A stretch of DNA of 64,000 bases from an uncultured Akkermansia sp. (GCA_964506575.1 CAZDLY010000005.1:5131-69130), one strand, 5' to 3'. Numbered from the stretch's first letter, positions 1 through 8,972 are shown. Numbers and translations are program-made. Notes: a model not told the origin generated them from the sequence alone.

Positions 1-2
1 TG

Positions 3-410
3 GCCGCCCTGCCCCGTCTCCTGGGCGCCCCCTACCGCGTCATCGCCGTCCTGCGCTCGACGGCGGGGCTGATTCAGGCGGCGCGCGCGCTGCCCGAAAC
101 CGTCGGCATCCTGGTCGAGTGCGGCCGGGGCGTCCTGCCCGGCGGCAACGGCGCCGTCTGGGAGTGGGCCGCCGCCGCGCCCCTCGCCGCGGTCCGCCCC
201 TTCGCCCTCGCCGGCGGCCTCTCCCCCGACACCGTCGTCGGGGCCGTCCGGGACGCGCGGGCCGCCGGCGTGGACATCAGTTCCGGCGTGGAGTCATCCC
301 CCGGCCGCAAGGATGTGGCCCGTGTCCGGCTCCTCATCAGCCGTCTCACGGCGGCCAGCGCCGACCTCTCCGTCCCCGCCGGATCCGTCTTCCGCAGCCC
401 GGGCCGCTAA
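3..410 (+). CDS. trpF: Phosphoribosylanthranilate isomerase, C-terminal part (5' end lies outside the window)
   Basis: Frame 3 is open from the window edge to TAA 408-410. The translation ...LPGGNGAVWEW..FALAGGLSPDTV..AGVDISSGVESSPGRKD carries the conserved TrpF C-terminal motifs (LAGGL, GVDxSSGVE..PGxKD). It is absent from the ORF track because there is no start codon in the window. Confidence 0.7.
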   Translation, partial: AALPRLLGAPYRVIAVLRSTAGLIQAARALPETVGILVECGRGVLPGGNGAVWEWAAAAPLAAVRPFALAGGLSPDTVVGAVRDARAAGVDISSGVESSPGRKDVARVRLLISRLTAASADLSVPAGSVFRSPGR

Positions 411-469
411 ATTCTTCAATCGCGGTTTGACAACCCCTCCCCACTGTGCGAAAATATGCGCTCATTTCT

Positions 470-545
470 GGCGGGTTAGCTCAGTTGGTAGAGCAACGGA
501 ATCATAATCCGTCTGTCGGGGGTTCGAGCCCCTCACCCGCCACCA
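470..545 (+). tRNA. tRNA with CAU anticodon (elongator Met, or Ile2 if lysidine-modified), CCA encoded
   Basis: Hand-folded cloverleaf: acceptor GGCGGGT/ACCCGCC, D arm GCTC-AGTTGGTA-GAGC, anticodon stem ACGGA/TCCGT with loop ATCATAA, T arm GGGGG-TTCGAGC-CCCTC, then A-CCA. It lacks initiator features (1-72 is G-C, and there is no GGG/CCC anticodon stem). Confidence 0.85.
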
Positions 546-579
546 CTCAAACCCGATTTCGGGGCCTGTCCGTGCAGCC

Positions 580-1359
580 ATGATGGTTAAATCACCGGCG
601 ATCGCGCTCAAGATCCGACCCTGGTCACGCACCTCGCATGTGGTGACCTGGCTGACCCCGGATCACGGTCGGACGCTCACTTCGGTCAAGGGCGCCTGCC
701 GACCCAAAAGCGCCTTTCTCGGTCAATACGACATCGGCGCGACCTGCGAGCTGCTTTTCTATGCGCACGACCGGGGTGGCATTCACGCCATCCGCGAATG
801 CACGCCATCGGAAATGCGCGAGCCGCTGCACGTCGATTGGCGCGCGGGAACGGCAGCCTCCTATTTCTGCGATCTGACCGCGTCCGTCTCCGTTCCCATG
901 CAGGAGGCGCAGTCCCTCTTCACCCTGTTGAGCCAGTCACTGGATGCCCTGTGCATACAAACCCCGGGCACCGGCCACCTGCTCGCCTTTGAGATCGCCA
1001 TGCTCGACCGGCTCGGCATTCTCCCCGACCTCGCGCGGTGCCCGGCCTGTCACACCCCGGAACGTGACTGGCTCCGGTTTTCGCTTGCCTCCGGCCGGCT
1101 GCTCTGCGCGCATGCATCGGCCGCCGCCCTCCTGGAACCGTCCATTACCCTCCACCGCGACGTCGTAGCGGCCCTGTGCGACCACCTGTCTCCGGAATCG
1201 GCTCTGCTTCTCCCGCACAGCGGCGATATCGCGCTGGGCATACGTCGGTTTTTGGGGCTGTTCATCCGTTATCACCTCGATCTCCCACCCGCCGCGCGGC
1301 AGGTGGCGTTTGACCTGCTCGCCGAACCGCATGCGTCCGGCGCGCCCCCGGAACTGTGA
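580..1359 (+). CDS. recO: DNA repair protein RecO
   Basis: 259-aa ORF with an ATG start. The N-terminal OB-fold-like pattern (ALKIRPWSRTSHVVTWLTPDHGRTLTSVKGA...) and a C-terminal CPxC zinc motif (CPACH) are typical of RecO. Confidence 0.75.
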   Translation: MMVKSPAIALKIRPWSRTSHVVTWLTPDHGRTLTSVKGACRPKSAFLGQYDIGATCELLFYAHDRGGIHAIRECTPSEMREPLHVDWRAGTAASYFCDLTASVSVPMQEAQSLFTLLSQSLDALCIQTPGTGHLLAFEIAMLDRLGILPDLARCPACHTPERDWLRFSLASGRLLCAHASAAALLEPSITLHRDVVAALCDHLSPESALLLPHSGDIALGIRRFLGLFIRYHLDLPPAARQVAFDLLAEPHASGAPPEL

Positions 1360-1370
1360 AAGGAATGCCC

Positions 1371-2099
1371 ATGAAACGTCTGCCGTTGTTTTCCACCGCG
1401 CTCGTCCTCGCGATCGTTGCCGCCACCCTGACCACGGGATGCTCGAACAAGGGGAAGCTGGCGGACCCGCAGTCGCCCCATAACCACCCGAAGAGCCTGG
1501 CCGTGATCATCAACGGCGTCCCGGTGACCTGGGAGGCGGTGGATCGCCGCGGGCGTGCCTTTCTTCAGGATGAGAAGACTTACAACCATCTGGCGTTCGC
1601 CCCGGAAAAGGAGGCCGAGGCACTCGACCATTTCCGCCGCCGCGCCGTGAAGGTCGAGGTGATGCGCCAGTTGCTGCTGGCCGAGGCCCGTCAGCAGCGG
1701 ATCGTGGTGACCGAGCAGGACCGCCAGACCGCCCTCGCGCGCCTCGCGCCGCTGATGGCCCGGCGGAATTGGACGACGAACGACTTCTTCACCCGCTCCC
1801 CGCTGGGGTTGGAACAGACGCGCGCCGAGTTCGAGGAGAGTCTCTACATTGACAAGCTGCTGTTTGAGCAGGTGATCCGAACGGTTTCGGCCACGGCGGA
1901 TGAGATTGCGGCCGCCACCGCCGAGCTGGCGCGCATCCGCCCCGATGCCAAGCCGAAGCCGGCCGAGATCCGCCAGCTTGTCAACCGGGGGAAGGCCAGG
2001 CAGGCAGTGAACGAGTATTACCGGAAACTCGTTGCGGACGCCACCATCCAATGCGCCTTCCCGGATCTGGTCTTCGAAGAGGTCATGGCCGCCGAATAA
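1371..2099 (+). CDS. Lipoprotein with a SurA-N-like chaperone domain
   Basis: MKRLPLFSTALVLAIVAATLTTGC is a lipobox signal peptide. The helical region with INGVPVT..E..R resembles the SurA/PpiD N-terminal chaperone domain. ATG 1371 is preferred (AAGGA about 8 nt upstream) over the track's GTG at 1356, which overlaps the recO stop. Confidence 0.55.
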   Translation: MKRLPLFSTALVLAIVAATLTTGCSNKGKLADPQSPHNHPKSLAVIINGVPVTWEAVDRRGRAFLQDEKTYNHLAFAPEKEAEALDHFRRRAVKVEVMRQLLLAEARQQRIVVTEQDRQTALARLAPLMARRNWTTNDFFTRSPLGLEQTRAEFEESLYIDKLLFEQVIRTVSATADEIAAATAELARIRPDAKPKPAEIRQLVNRGKARQAVNEYYRKLVADATIQCAFPDLVFEEVMAAE

Positions 2100-2192
2100 T
2101 CAGGCCATCACCCGAACAACGCAAACCGCTTTACATCAGCCGGGCGTCTGGTAAAATCCATGTCAATCGGTAAGTTAAGGAGGGACGCAAAC

Positions 2193-2624
2193 ATGTATTG
2201 CAAAAACTGCGGGAAGGACGTCCATCCACAGGCGGTGGCATGTCCTGGATGCGGTGTTCCTCCTTTGGTTGAAAACAAGTTCTGTCCGAATTGCGGCATC
2301 GCGACCCAATCGAATCAGACGATGTGCGTGAAGTGCGGGACGGCGCTGAACGCCCGCTCAGCGGTATGCGGCACGAAAAGCAAGGTTGCGGCGGGACTCC
2401 TCGGCCTGTTCCTGGGCTGGCTCGGAGTCCACAAGTTCTATCTGGGGTATTCCAAGGAAGGCGTGATCATGCTGCTGGTGTCCGTTCTGGGCGGAATTGT
2501 CACGTGTGGCGTGGCCACAGGGGTCATCTCCATGATCGGTTTCATCGAGGGAATCATCTACCTGACGAAATCGGACGAGGAATTCGACAGGCTCTATGCG
2601 CAGGGCCACCAAGGCTGGTTCTGA
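2193..2624 (+). CDS. Triple zinc-ribbon + TM2 domain membrane protein
   Basis: MYCKNCGK..CPGCG..CPNCG..CVKCG gives repeated CxxC zinc ribbons. This is followed by GLLGLFLGWLGVHKFYLGY, the TM2-domain signature. ATG 2193 follows the RBS AAGGAGG. Confidence 0.75.
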   Translation: MYCKNCGKDVHPQAVACPGCGVPPLVENKFCPNCGIATQSNQTMCVKCGTALNARSAVCGTKSKVAAGLLGLFLGWLGVHKFYLGYSKEGVIMLLVSVLGGIVTCGVATGVISMIGFIEGIIYLTKSDEEFDRLYAQGHQGWF

Positions 2625-2664
2625 ACAGCAGGCGGCCAGGCGAATCTGCGGTGGGCGGCAAACA

Positions 2665-3570
2665 ATGAGACCAACGGAGATAGGCGATCAACGGAACTGG
2701 CGTGTGAGGATGTTTCTGTTGCACGGCGTCATGCTCGCGGTGCCCCTGGCCTTGCTTGTGACGCACACGCGATTTCATCCCCGCAGGTTTGGTGTCTGCC
2801 TATTTAGATGGGTGTTCGGCGTGGACTGCCCCGGATGCGGCATCACGCGATCGGCGATGGCGCTGCTGAACGGCGACTTGATCGGGGCTTTCCGTCTGCA
2901 CCCGGCGGGGCCGCTTGTCGTGTCGCTCATCGCGCTCATCGTGGCGTACCTCGTTCTGGCGCTGTTCACGCGGTTCAGGGGATTGGAATGGAGAAAGGAG
3001 GTACAGGCATTCACGGGAATTGAAATGCTGGCGTTTTCGGCGTTGGTGATTGGATGGGTTGGAAAAGGATTTCTAAACTATCAGAAACAGGAGAACTTAA
3101 ATGGCATTGGTATCATGTCCGAAGTGCTCAAAACAAACGTTTCAAGGTGGATTTCCGGCGTGGGAGATCATCGTGTCGATCTGTTTCTTCCCGCTGGGAT
3201 TGCTGTCGTTGCTGGCGGGGCGCAAACCCACGACGTGCCAGCATTGCAACCATGTCTGGCAGGCATAGGCGATCCGGTCGGACAACAGCGTGGCGCCTGC
3301 CCGATGCCCGAAACGGGCGCCGGGGGGCACACGCCGGACGTTCCTTTATTGCTCAAACTTCTCCCGATAGGCCCAGAGGCCGAGGGCGGGGTTGCTGATG
3401 AAAAAGATCTCTTCGCCGTCCGGCATCCGGTTCCAGCCGTCCTGGAGCCAATCCGGATTGTAGCGTGCGGCCATTTCCGCGTACGGAACGGCATCAAAAC
3501 CGACGGCTCGCACTTCCTCCAGCCCCACCCCGAAGCCCGGACAATAGGTGATGCGAAATCGGCCCTCTGA
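2665..3570 (+). CDS. DUF2752-like membrane protein; only about 2665-3090 looks like the domain, and the frame then stays open to 3570
   Basis: The CPGCGITR motif flanked by TM helices (..FGVDCPGCGITRSAMALL..) is the DUF2752 hallmark. There is no in-frame stop until 3570, so the formal ORF overlaps the small ORF at 3101-3268 and 225 nt of the convergent gene at 3346-4629. The true 3' end is uncertain. Confidence 0.5.
   Translation: MRPTEIGDQRNWRVRMFLLHGVMLAVPLALLVTHTRFHPRRFGVCLFRWVFGVDCPGCGITRSAMALLNGDLIGAFRLHPAGPLVVSLIALIVAYLVLALFTRFRGLEWRKEVQAFTGIEMLAFSALVIGWVGKGFLNYQKQENLNGIGIMSEVLKTNVSRWISGVGDHRVDLFLPAGIAVVAGGAQTHDVPALQPCLAGIGDPVGQQRGACPMPETGAGGHTPDVPLLLKLLPIGPEAEGGVADEKDLFAVRHPVPAVLEPIRIVACGHFRVRNGIKTDGSHFLQPHPEARTIGDAKSAL
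3101..3268 (+). CDS. Small (55 aa) LITAF-like zinc-ribbon membrane protein
   Basis: Below the ORF-track size cut-off. My own translation is MALVSCPKCSKQTFQGGFPAWEIIVSICFFPLGLLSLLAGRKPTTCQHCNHVWQA. The layout is CxxC, a hydrophobic hairpin, then CxxC. GGAG sits 8-11 nt upstream of the ATG, and third-codon positions are mostly G/C. Confidence 0.45.
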   Translation: MALVSCPKCSKQTFQGGFPAWEIIVSICFFPLGLLSLLAGRKPTTCQHCNHVWQA

Positions 3571-4629
3571 CGAACCGTGGATCAAATGGGCCGCCGCGCC
3601 CAGGTTGCCGCGCAGGTCGTCATTTTCCGCAACCGCCTTCAGCGTGGCCGGGGTTCCGCGATAGCCGTATTTGCGGATCAGCCCGTCGATGGCCGGGTCC
3701 TCGCCGAATTCCCTGAGCGCCGGGGCGAGGACGATCAGTTCGCCGCCGTCGGCGACCGCCAGGCGCGTGCGGTAGATCGCCTTGTTGCCGAGCCAGGTGC
3801 TCTGAAACTCGTGAGGATCGAGAGCAACCACCACTTTCCGAGGCTCGCGGTCGAGCAGGGTGATGTTCACCCGGCGCGCCAGCTTGCACGCCTCGTGATA
3901 CACCTGCGCGTCATCCCCGGCATAAAAACCGCGCAGATGCATCTGCCGCGTGACGGCATCCTGCTCGACCACCGTCAGAATGTAGGTGATCGGCAGATCC
4001 CCCAGAAACGTCTCGACGGCCGTGTTGAAGAGCCGGCGCACCGGCGTATCCGCCCGGCCGAGGATGGTCTCCATGTTGCAGACCGCTCCCAGGAAATGCG
4101 ATTTGTTGATGATGTCCGCCCCGCCCGCGCCCACGACGATATTCTTGGTGTAATTGGCCATGCCGGCCACTTCGTGCGGCACGACCTGCCCGATCGACAG
4201 GATCAGGTCGTAACCGTCGAGGAGCCGCCGGCTCACCTCCACGCCGACCGGATAGTCGGCCCGGCCTCCGGAAAGCGCGGCGAGCAGCGTCCCGGGAAGC
4301 TCGCCTCTGCGGACAATCCCGTTGCGCCAGTCATGCACCCGGAAGGCCGTCAACGGGATCGCGTCCCCAAACATCAGGCGAATCTGCCCCTCCGTCATGG
4401 CGTTGTGCGTGCCCAGGGTCGGCATCACGTCCACCCGCGTGCCCCGGGCCGTCAGCGCCTCGTAGGCCATCGCGGTGACCGCCCCCGCCTGCGAATGGAT
4501 GCGGGTGTGATCGGGTGGCAGCAGAAGCACGCGGCGCAGGGCTTCCGGGCGCGCGTCCAGCGTTCGCAGCACCAGCGCGCGCAGCTCCTCGCGCGAAATC
4601 GAGACCTGCTCTCCGCACTGCCTGATCAT
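3346..4629 (-). CDS. LarA-like (lactate racemase N-terminal domain / DUF2088) family protein
   Basis: 427 aa. Motif pattern ..LLLPPDHTR.., ..GTHN.., ..VVPHEVAGMANYTKN.. corresponds to the LarA-family H..AG..G..K block that includes the cofactor-binding Lys. Substrate unknown. Confidence 0.6.
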   Translation of the reverse strand: MIRQCGEQVSISREELRALVLRTLDARPEALRRVLLLPPDHTRIHSQAGAVTAMAYEALTARGTRVDVMPTLGTHNAMTEGQIRLMFGDAIPLTAFRVHDWRNGIVRRGELPGTLLAALSGGRADYPVGVEVSRRLLDGYDLILSIGQVVPHEVAGMANYTKNIVVGAGGADIINKSHFLGAVCNMETILGRADTPVRRLFNTAVETFLGDLPITYILTVVEQDAVTRQMHLRGFYAGDDAQVYHEACKLARRVNITLLDREPRKVVVALDPHEFQSTWLGNKAIYRTRLAVADGGELIVLAPALREFGEDPAIDGLIRKYGYRGTPATLKAVAENDDLRGNLGAAAHLIHGSSEGRFRITYCPGFGVGLEEVRAVGFDAVPYAEMAARYNPDWLQDGWNRMPDGEEIFFISNPALGLWAYREKFEQ

Positions 4630-4647
4630 GGGCGCCGGGCTCCCGTC

Positions 4648-6099
4648 TCACACGACATAGGTGGACGCGGCGGTACTGCCGCCGCGGCCGGTCCAGTTGG
4701 TGTGGAAGAACTGACCGCGCGGCGCGTCCGTGCGCTCATAGGTGTGGGCGCCGAAATAATCGCGCTGGGCCTGCAGCAGGTTGGCCGGCAGCCGCGCGCA
4801 GCGATAGCCGTCATAATAGGCCAGCGCCGCGCTGATGGCCGGGGTCGGAATGCCCAGCTTCACGGCCATGCGAACGACCCGCCGCCAGCCGCCCTGGGCC
4901 CGCCGCATCTTGCCGCTGAAGAACGGGTCGAGCAGCAGGTGGGTCAGGCCCGGATTGTGGTCAAACGCCTTCTTGATCTTGCCGAGGAACACCGAGCGGA
5001 TGATGCAGCCGCCGCGCCACATCAGCGCGATGCCGCCGTAGTTGAGGTTCCAGCCGTAGGACTGGGCGGCGGCGCGCATGAGCTGATAGCCCTGCGCGTA
5101 GCTGACCAGTTTCGAGGCGTAGAGCGCCTGCTTCAGGTCGTTGACGAACCGCTGGCGGGAGCCGGTGAACGTCGTCGACGCCGGGCCGGCGAGCTGCGTC
5201 GCGGCTGCGACGCGCTCGTCCTTGAGCGCCGAGAGGCAGCGGGCGAAGACCGCCTCACCGATCAGCGTGAGCGGCTGGCCTTCGTCGAGCGCGGCCACGG
5301 CCGTCCATTTTCCGGTGCCCTTCTGGCCGGCCGTGTCCAAAATGTTTTCCAGCACCGCTTCGCCCGCCTCGGTCCGGTAACCCAGGATGTCGCGGGTGAT
5401 CTCGATCAGGTAGCTGTCCAGCTCCCCGGTGTTCCATTCGGCAAAGATGGCGTGCATCTCGTCGGCGGTGAGGCCGAGGCCGTCCTTCATCACCTGGTAG
5501 ATCTCGCAGATCAACTGCATGTCGCCGTATTCGATGCCGTTGTGGACCATCTTCACAAAGTGGCCCGCGCCGCCCGCGCCCACCCACTCACAGCAGGGCT
5601 TGCCCGAGTCGGTGTGGGCCGCGATCCTTTGGAAGATCCGCTTCACGGCGGGCCAGGCCGCCCGCGAACCGCCGGGCATGATCGACGGGCCGAGGAGCGC
5701 GCCCTCCTCGCCGCCCGAGACGCCGGTGCCGACATACAGCAGCCGCCGGCTCTCCACGTACTGCGTCCGGCGGATGGTGTCGGCAAAATGGCTGTTGCCG
5801 CCGTCAATGATGATGTCGCCGGGCTCGAGATGGGGAATGACCTGCTCGATGAGATCGTCCACGGCCTGGCCCGCCTTGACCAGCATCATCACCTTGCGCG
5901 GGCGCTCCAGGCTGGCGCATAGCGCCGCGATGCTGTGGCATCCGATGAACTTCTTGCCGGCCCCGCGTCCGTTGATGAACGCATCCACCTTTTCAACCGT
6001 ACGGTTGAAGACCGCCACCGTGAACCCCTTGCTCTCCATGTTGAGGACCAGGTTCTCGCCCATTACCGCCAAGCCGATCAAGCCGATGTCCGCCTTCAT
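4648..6099 (-). CDS. gnd: 6-phosphogluconate dehydrogenase (decarboxylating)
   Basis: 483 aa. N-terminal Rossmann IGLIGLAVMGENLVLN, and full-length similarity to Gnd (..GTGVSGGEEGA.., ..MVHNGIEYGDMQLI..). Confidence 0.95.
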   Translation of the reverse strand: MKADIGLIGLAVMGENLVLNMESKGFTVAVFNRTVEKVDAFINGRGAGKKFIGCHSIAALCASLERPRKVMMLVKAGQAVDDLIEQVIPHLEPGDIIIDGGNSHFADTIRRTQYVESRRLLYVGTGVSGGEEGALLGPSIMPGGSRAAWPAVKRIFQRIAAHTDSGKPCCEWVGAGGAGHFVKMVHNGIEYGDMQLICEIYQVMKDGLGLTADEMHAIFAEWNTGELDSYLIEITRDILGYRTEAGEAVLENILDTAGQKGTGKWTAVAALDEGQPLTLIGEAVFARCLSALKDERVAAATQLAGPASTTFTGSRQRFVNDLKQALYASKLVSYAQGYQLMRAAAQSYGWNLNYGGIALMWRGGCIIRSVFLGKIKKAFDHNPGLTHLLLDPFFSGKMRRAQGGWRRVVRMAVKLGIPTPAISAALAYYDGYRCARLPANLLQAQRDYFGAHTYERTDAPRGQFFHTNWTGRGGSTAASTYVV

Positions 6100-6299
6100 G
6101 TTGTACTCCCGTGATACATCATAATATACTTATACGCAAACACTTACACACGCACACAAAACGGGCTGCATGTGGCCTGCGCCCGTCTCTGCGGGCGGCG
6201 GGTATTATGCGGGGGGGTGAATCAAGAGTCAAAGGGTTTTTCTAGATGATAATGCCGAGAAGAGATGGTACAATTGACTGGAAAAACGGAGGATTGACG

Positions 6300-6509
6300 A
6301 TGACTCAGGAATTTAATGTTGTAATTGAGCGCGATGAAGATGGCTTTTTTGTCGCGTCTGTGCCGTCGTTGCGAGGCTGTCATACCCAGGCCAAATCGCT
6401 CGATGTGCTGATGAAGCGGATTACGGAAGCTATCGAACTGTGTTTGGAAGTTGAGAAGCCGGTCTCTAATCGGTTCATCGGCGTCCAACGCGTTGCGGTA
6501 ATGGCATGA
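6300..6509 (+). CDS. hicB: HicB-family antitoxin-like protein (UPF0150)
   Basis: MTQEFNVVIERDEDGFFVASVPSLRGCHTQAKSLDVLMKRITEAIELCLE is the typical HicB N-terminal fold pattern. The local sequence is visibly more AT-rich than its surroundings. Confidence 0.7.
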   Translation: MTQEFNVVIERDEDGFFVASVPSLRGCHTQAKSLDVLMKRITEAIELCLEVEKPVSNRFIGVQRVAVMA

Positions 6510-6555
6510 GCACATTCCCAGCACTTGAACTCGGCGACAGGAGGAAGGCGGTAAC
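6506..6555 (+). pseudogene. Possible hicA toxin remnant (first ~16 codons only)
   Basis: An ATG overlaps the hicB stop (ATGA at 6506-6509). It encodes MSTFPALELGDRRKAV, resembling the HicA/YcfA N-terminus (MSKLPxLSGKExIKAL). The similarity ends where the nifU RBS and start begin. Confidence 0.3.
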
Positions 6556-7407
6556 ATGTGGGACTATACGGACAAGGTGCTGGATCATTTCAGAAACCCG
6601 CGCAACGTCGGCAAGATTGAGCATCCCGACGGCGTGGGGACCGTCGGCGCGCTCGCCTGCGGCGATGCGCTGACGCTCATGTTCAAGCTGGGGCCGGACG
6701 GCCGCATCGCCGAGGTGAAATTCCAGACCTTCGGCTGCGCCAGCGCGATCGCCTCGTCATCGGTCCTCACCGAAATGGTGATCGGCAAGACCGTGGAAGA
6801 GGCCGGGAGGATCACCAACAGGCAGATCGCCGACGCCCTCGGCGGCCTGCCCGACCAGAAGATGCACTGCTCGGTGATGGGCCGGGAGGCCCTGGAGGCG
6901 GCGATCCACAACTACCGCACCGGCGAGACCGCCATGCGGCATCTGGACGAACGGATCGTCTGCACCTGTTTCGGCGTCTCGGAAAACGAGATCCTCCGCA
7001 TCACCCGTGAAAACGGCCTCTCCTCCGTCGATGAGGTGACGAATTTCTGCAAGGCGGGCGGCGGGTGCGGCCTGTGCCGCAACGAGATCCAGAAGCTGGT
7101 CGATGGCGTCGTCGCCGAGCGGACGCAGACGAAGACCGCGCCGGCCGAGGCGCCGCGCAAGCTGACGAATCTGCAGAAGATCAAGCTGATCGAGGAGATC
7201 ATCACCCGCGAAATCCGTCCCGCCCTCCAACGCGACCATGGCGACGTCGAGCTGGTGGATATCAGCGGCGACCGCGTGACCATCGCCTTCCGCGGCATGT
7301 GCGCCGGCTGCCACGCATCCGAAACCACGCGTCACACCCTGATCGAGGCCAAGCTGCGCGAATGCGTCGCCCCCGAAATCACCGTCGTCGAGGAGGGGAA
7401 GTCATGA
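6556..7407 (+). CDS. nifU: Fe-S cluster assembly scaffold NifU (three-domain form)
   Basis: 283 aa. N-terminal IscU-like domain (..GALACGDALTL..FQTFGCASAIASSS..MHCSV..), central [2Fe-2S] Cys cluster (CTCF..C..GGGCGLC), and a C-terminal Nfu domain (..GMCAGCHAS..). Confidence 0.95.
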   Translation: MWDYTDKVLDHFRNPRNVGKIEHPDGVGTVGALACGDALTLMFKLGPDGRIAEVKFQTFGCASAIASSSVLTEMVIGKTVEEAGRITNRQIADALGGLPDQKMHCSVMGREALEAAIHNYRTGETAMRHLDERIVCTCFGVSENEILRITRENGLSSVDEVTNFCKAGGGCGLCRNEIQKLVDGVVAERTQTKTAPAEAPRKLTNLQKIKLIEEIITREIRPALQRDHGDVELVDISGDRVTIAFRGMCAGCHASETTRHTLIEAKLRECVAPEITVVEEGKS

Positions 7408-8564
7408 ACCGCCTCGTCTATCTGGACAACAACGCCACCACCTGCGTCGCCCCCGAGGTCCGGGAGGCCATGCTCCCCTTTCTGACCGATCTGTGGGGCA
7501 ATCCGTCGAGCATGCACGCCTTCGGCGGGCGGGTCATGCGCCATGTGGAGGAGGCGCGCGAAAAGGTCGCGGCGCTGATCCACGCCGACCCGTCGGAAAT
7601 CATCTTCACCAGTTGCGGCACCGAAAGCAACAACGCCGCCATTTACGGCGTGGCCGAAATCCTCGGTCCCCAGGCCCGACTCATCACCAGCCGCGTGGAG
7701 CATCCCGCCGTGCTCGGTCCCTGCCGCCACTTCCGCGAGCACGGCCACACCGTGATCGAGCTGCCCGTGGACGGCGTCGGCCAGGTCGACCTCGCGGCGC
7801 TGCGCGAGGCGCTCCTGGGCGGCCGCTGCCTCGTCAGCCTCATGTGGGCCAACAACGAGACGGGCACGATCTTCCCCATCGACGAGATCGCCGGGCTCGT
7901 GAAATCGGTCGGCGGCGTTTTCCACACCGACGCCGTCCAGGCGGTCGGCAAGGTGCCGCTCGACGTCAGCCGCACCCCGGTCGACCTGCTGTCGCTTTCG
8001 GGGCACAAGCTCCATGCGCCCAAGGGGATCGGCGCCCTCTACGTCCGCCGCGGCACGCGGCTCAAGACCTATATGATCGGCGGACATCAGGAGAACGGCC
8101 GCCGGGGCGGCACGGAGAACGTGCCGTACATCGTCGGACTTGGAAAGGCGGCCGAACTCGCGGCCGCGTCGCTGGCCGGGGAGGCCGCCCACGTGGCCCC
8201 CCTGCGGGACCGGCTCGAGGCCGGCCTGCTCGCGACCTGCCCCGACGCCCGGGTCAACGGCGACCCCCGCCACCGCCTGCCCAACACCCTCAACATCAGC
8301 TTCGAGTTCATCGAAGGCGAGGCGATCCTGTATCACTTGAGCGACTTGGGCATCTGCGCCTCGTCGGGGTCGGCCTGCTCGTCGGGCTCGCTCGAACCCT
8401 CGCATGTGATCCGCGCCATGGGCGTGCCCTTCACCGCAGTCCACGGCTCGATCCGCTTCAGCCTCAGCCGCTACACCACCGCCGCCGACATCGACACCGT
8501 GCTCGACCACGTCCCCCGCGTCGTGGCCAAGCTGCGCGCCCTGTCGCCCTTTGTCACAACGTAG
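7404..8564 (+). CDS. nifS: Cysteine desulfurase NifS
   Basis: MNRLVYLDNNATT.., a PLP-Lys region (..LSLSGHKLHAPKG..) and the active-site loop SSGSACSSG. The ATG overlaps the nifU stop (ATGA). The longer track ORF from 7065 is an upstream extension inside nifU. Confidence 0.95.
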   Translation: MNRLVYLDNNATTCVAPEVREAMLPFLTDLWGNPSSMHAFGGRVMRHVEEAREKVAALIHADPSEIIFTSCGTESNNAAIYGVAEILGPQARLITSRVEHPAVLGPCRHFREHGHTVIELPVDGVGQVDLAALREALLGGRCLVSLMWANNETGTIFPIDEIAGLVKSVGGVFHTDAVQAVGKVPLDVSRTPVDLLSLSGHKLHAPKGIGALYVRRGTRLKTYMIGGHQENGRRGGTENVPYIVGLGKAAELAAASLAGEAAHVAPLRDRLEAGLLATCPDARVNGDPRHRLPNTLNISFEFIEGEAILYHLSDLGICASSGSACSSGSLEPSHVIRAMGVPFTAVHGSIRFSLSRYTTAADIDTVLDHVPRVVAKLRALSPFVTT

Positions 8565-8693
8565 AAAAGAGAATGCGACAAAGAGGAATCGGTTGACGAG
8601 TACGGGAACAAATGGCGTATCATGCGCGTCTAATTGGCCGATAACCTTGTTGCCGGACTGAGGGTTGAGCAAGAGACAATAAGGAACGATGCC

Positions 8694-8972
8694 ATGAACA
8701 ACAAGCACATCGCCTTCTTCATGACGCTGTTTTGTGCATTCGGCATGATGAGCGCCTCCACCCTCACCCGGGCTGCGGAACCTCAACCACCGGCCGCTGT
8801 CAAGCCCGATTCGAGCGACACATGCAAGGTTGGCGTCAGTGTCAGCTTCGCTTCTGCGGTGCGGCACGATCGGATCGACACGGTTGAAGAAGGCAAGATC
8901 ATCGAGGCGAATGTGGTCGTGGAAGCCGGGAAGTTCGAGGTGCGGCAACGAAAGGATTTGCGATCGACATGA
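8694..8972 (+). CDS. Small secreted protein, unknown function
   Basis: MNNKHIAFFMTLFCAFGMMSASTLTRAAE is a signal peptide. The protein is 92 aa. Its stop overlaps the start of the next gene (ATGA at 8969-8972). Confidence 0.5.
   Translation: MNNKHIAFFMTLFCAFGMMSASTLTRAAEPQPPAAVKPDSSDTCKVGVSVSFASAVRHDRIDTVEEGKIIEANVVVEAGKFEVRQRKDLRST

Noticed and set aside
3577-5922. 781-aa plus-strand ORF.
   Set aside because: It lies antisense to gnd and the LarA-like gene, both of which have unmistakable motifs. Its translation is Arg/Gly/Ala/His-rich with no motif. This is a typical shadow ORF of GC-rich DNA.
7065-7403. The upstream part of the 499-aa track ORF for nifS.
   Set aside because: The extension lies inside nifU in another frame and is Arg/Pro-rich. 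Canonical NifS begins at MNRLVYLDNNATT (ATG 7404, ATGA-coupled to nifU).
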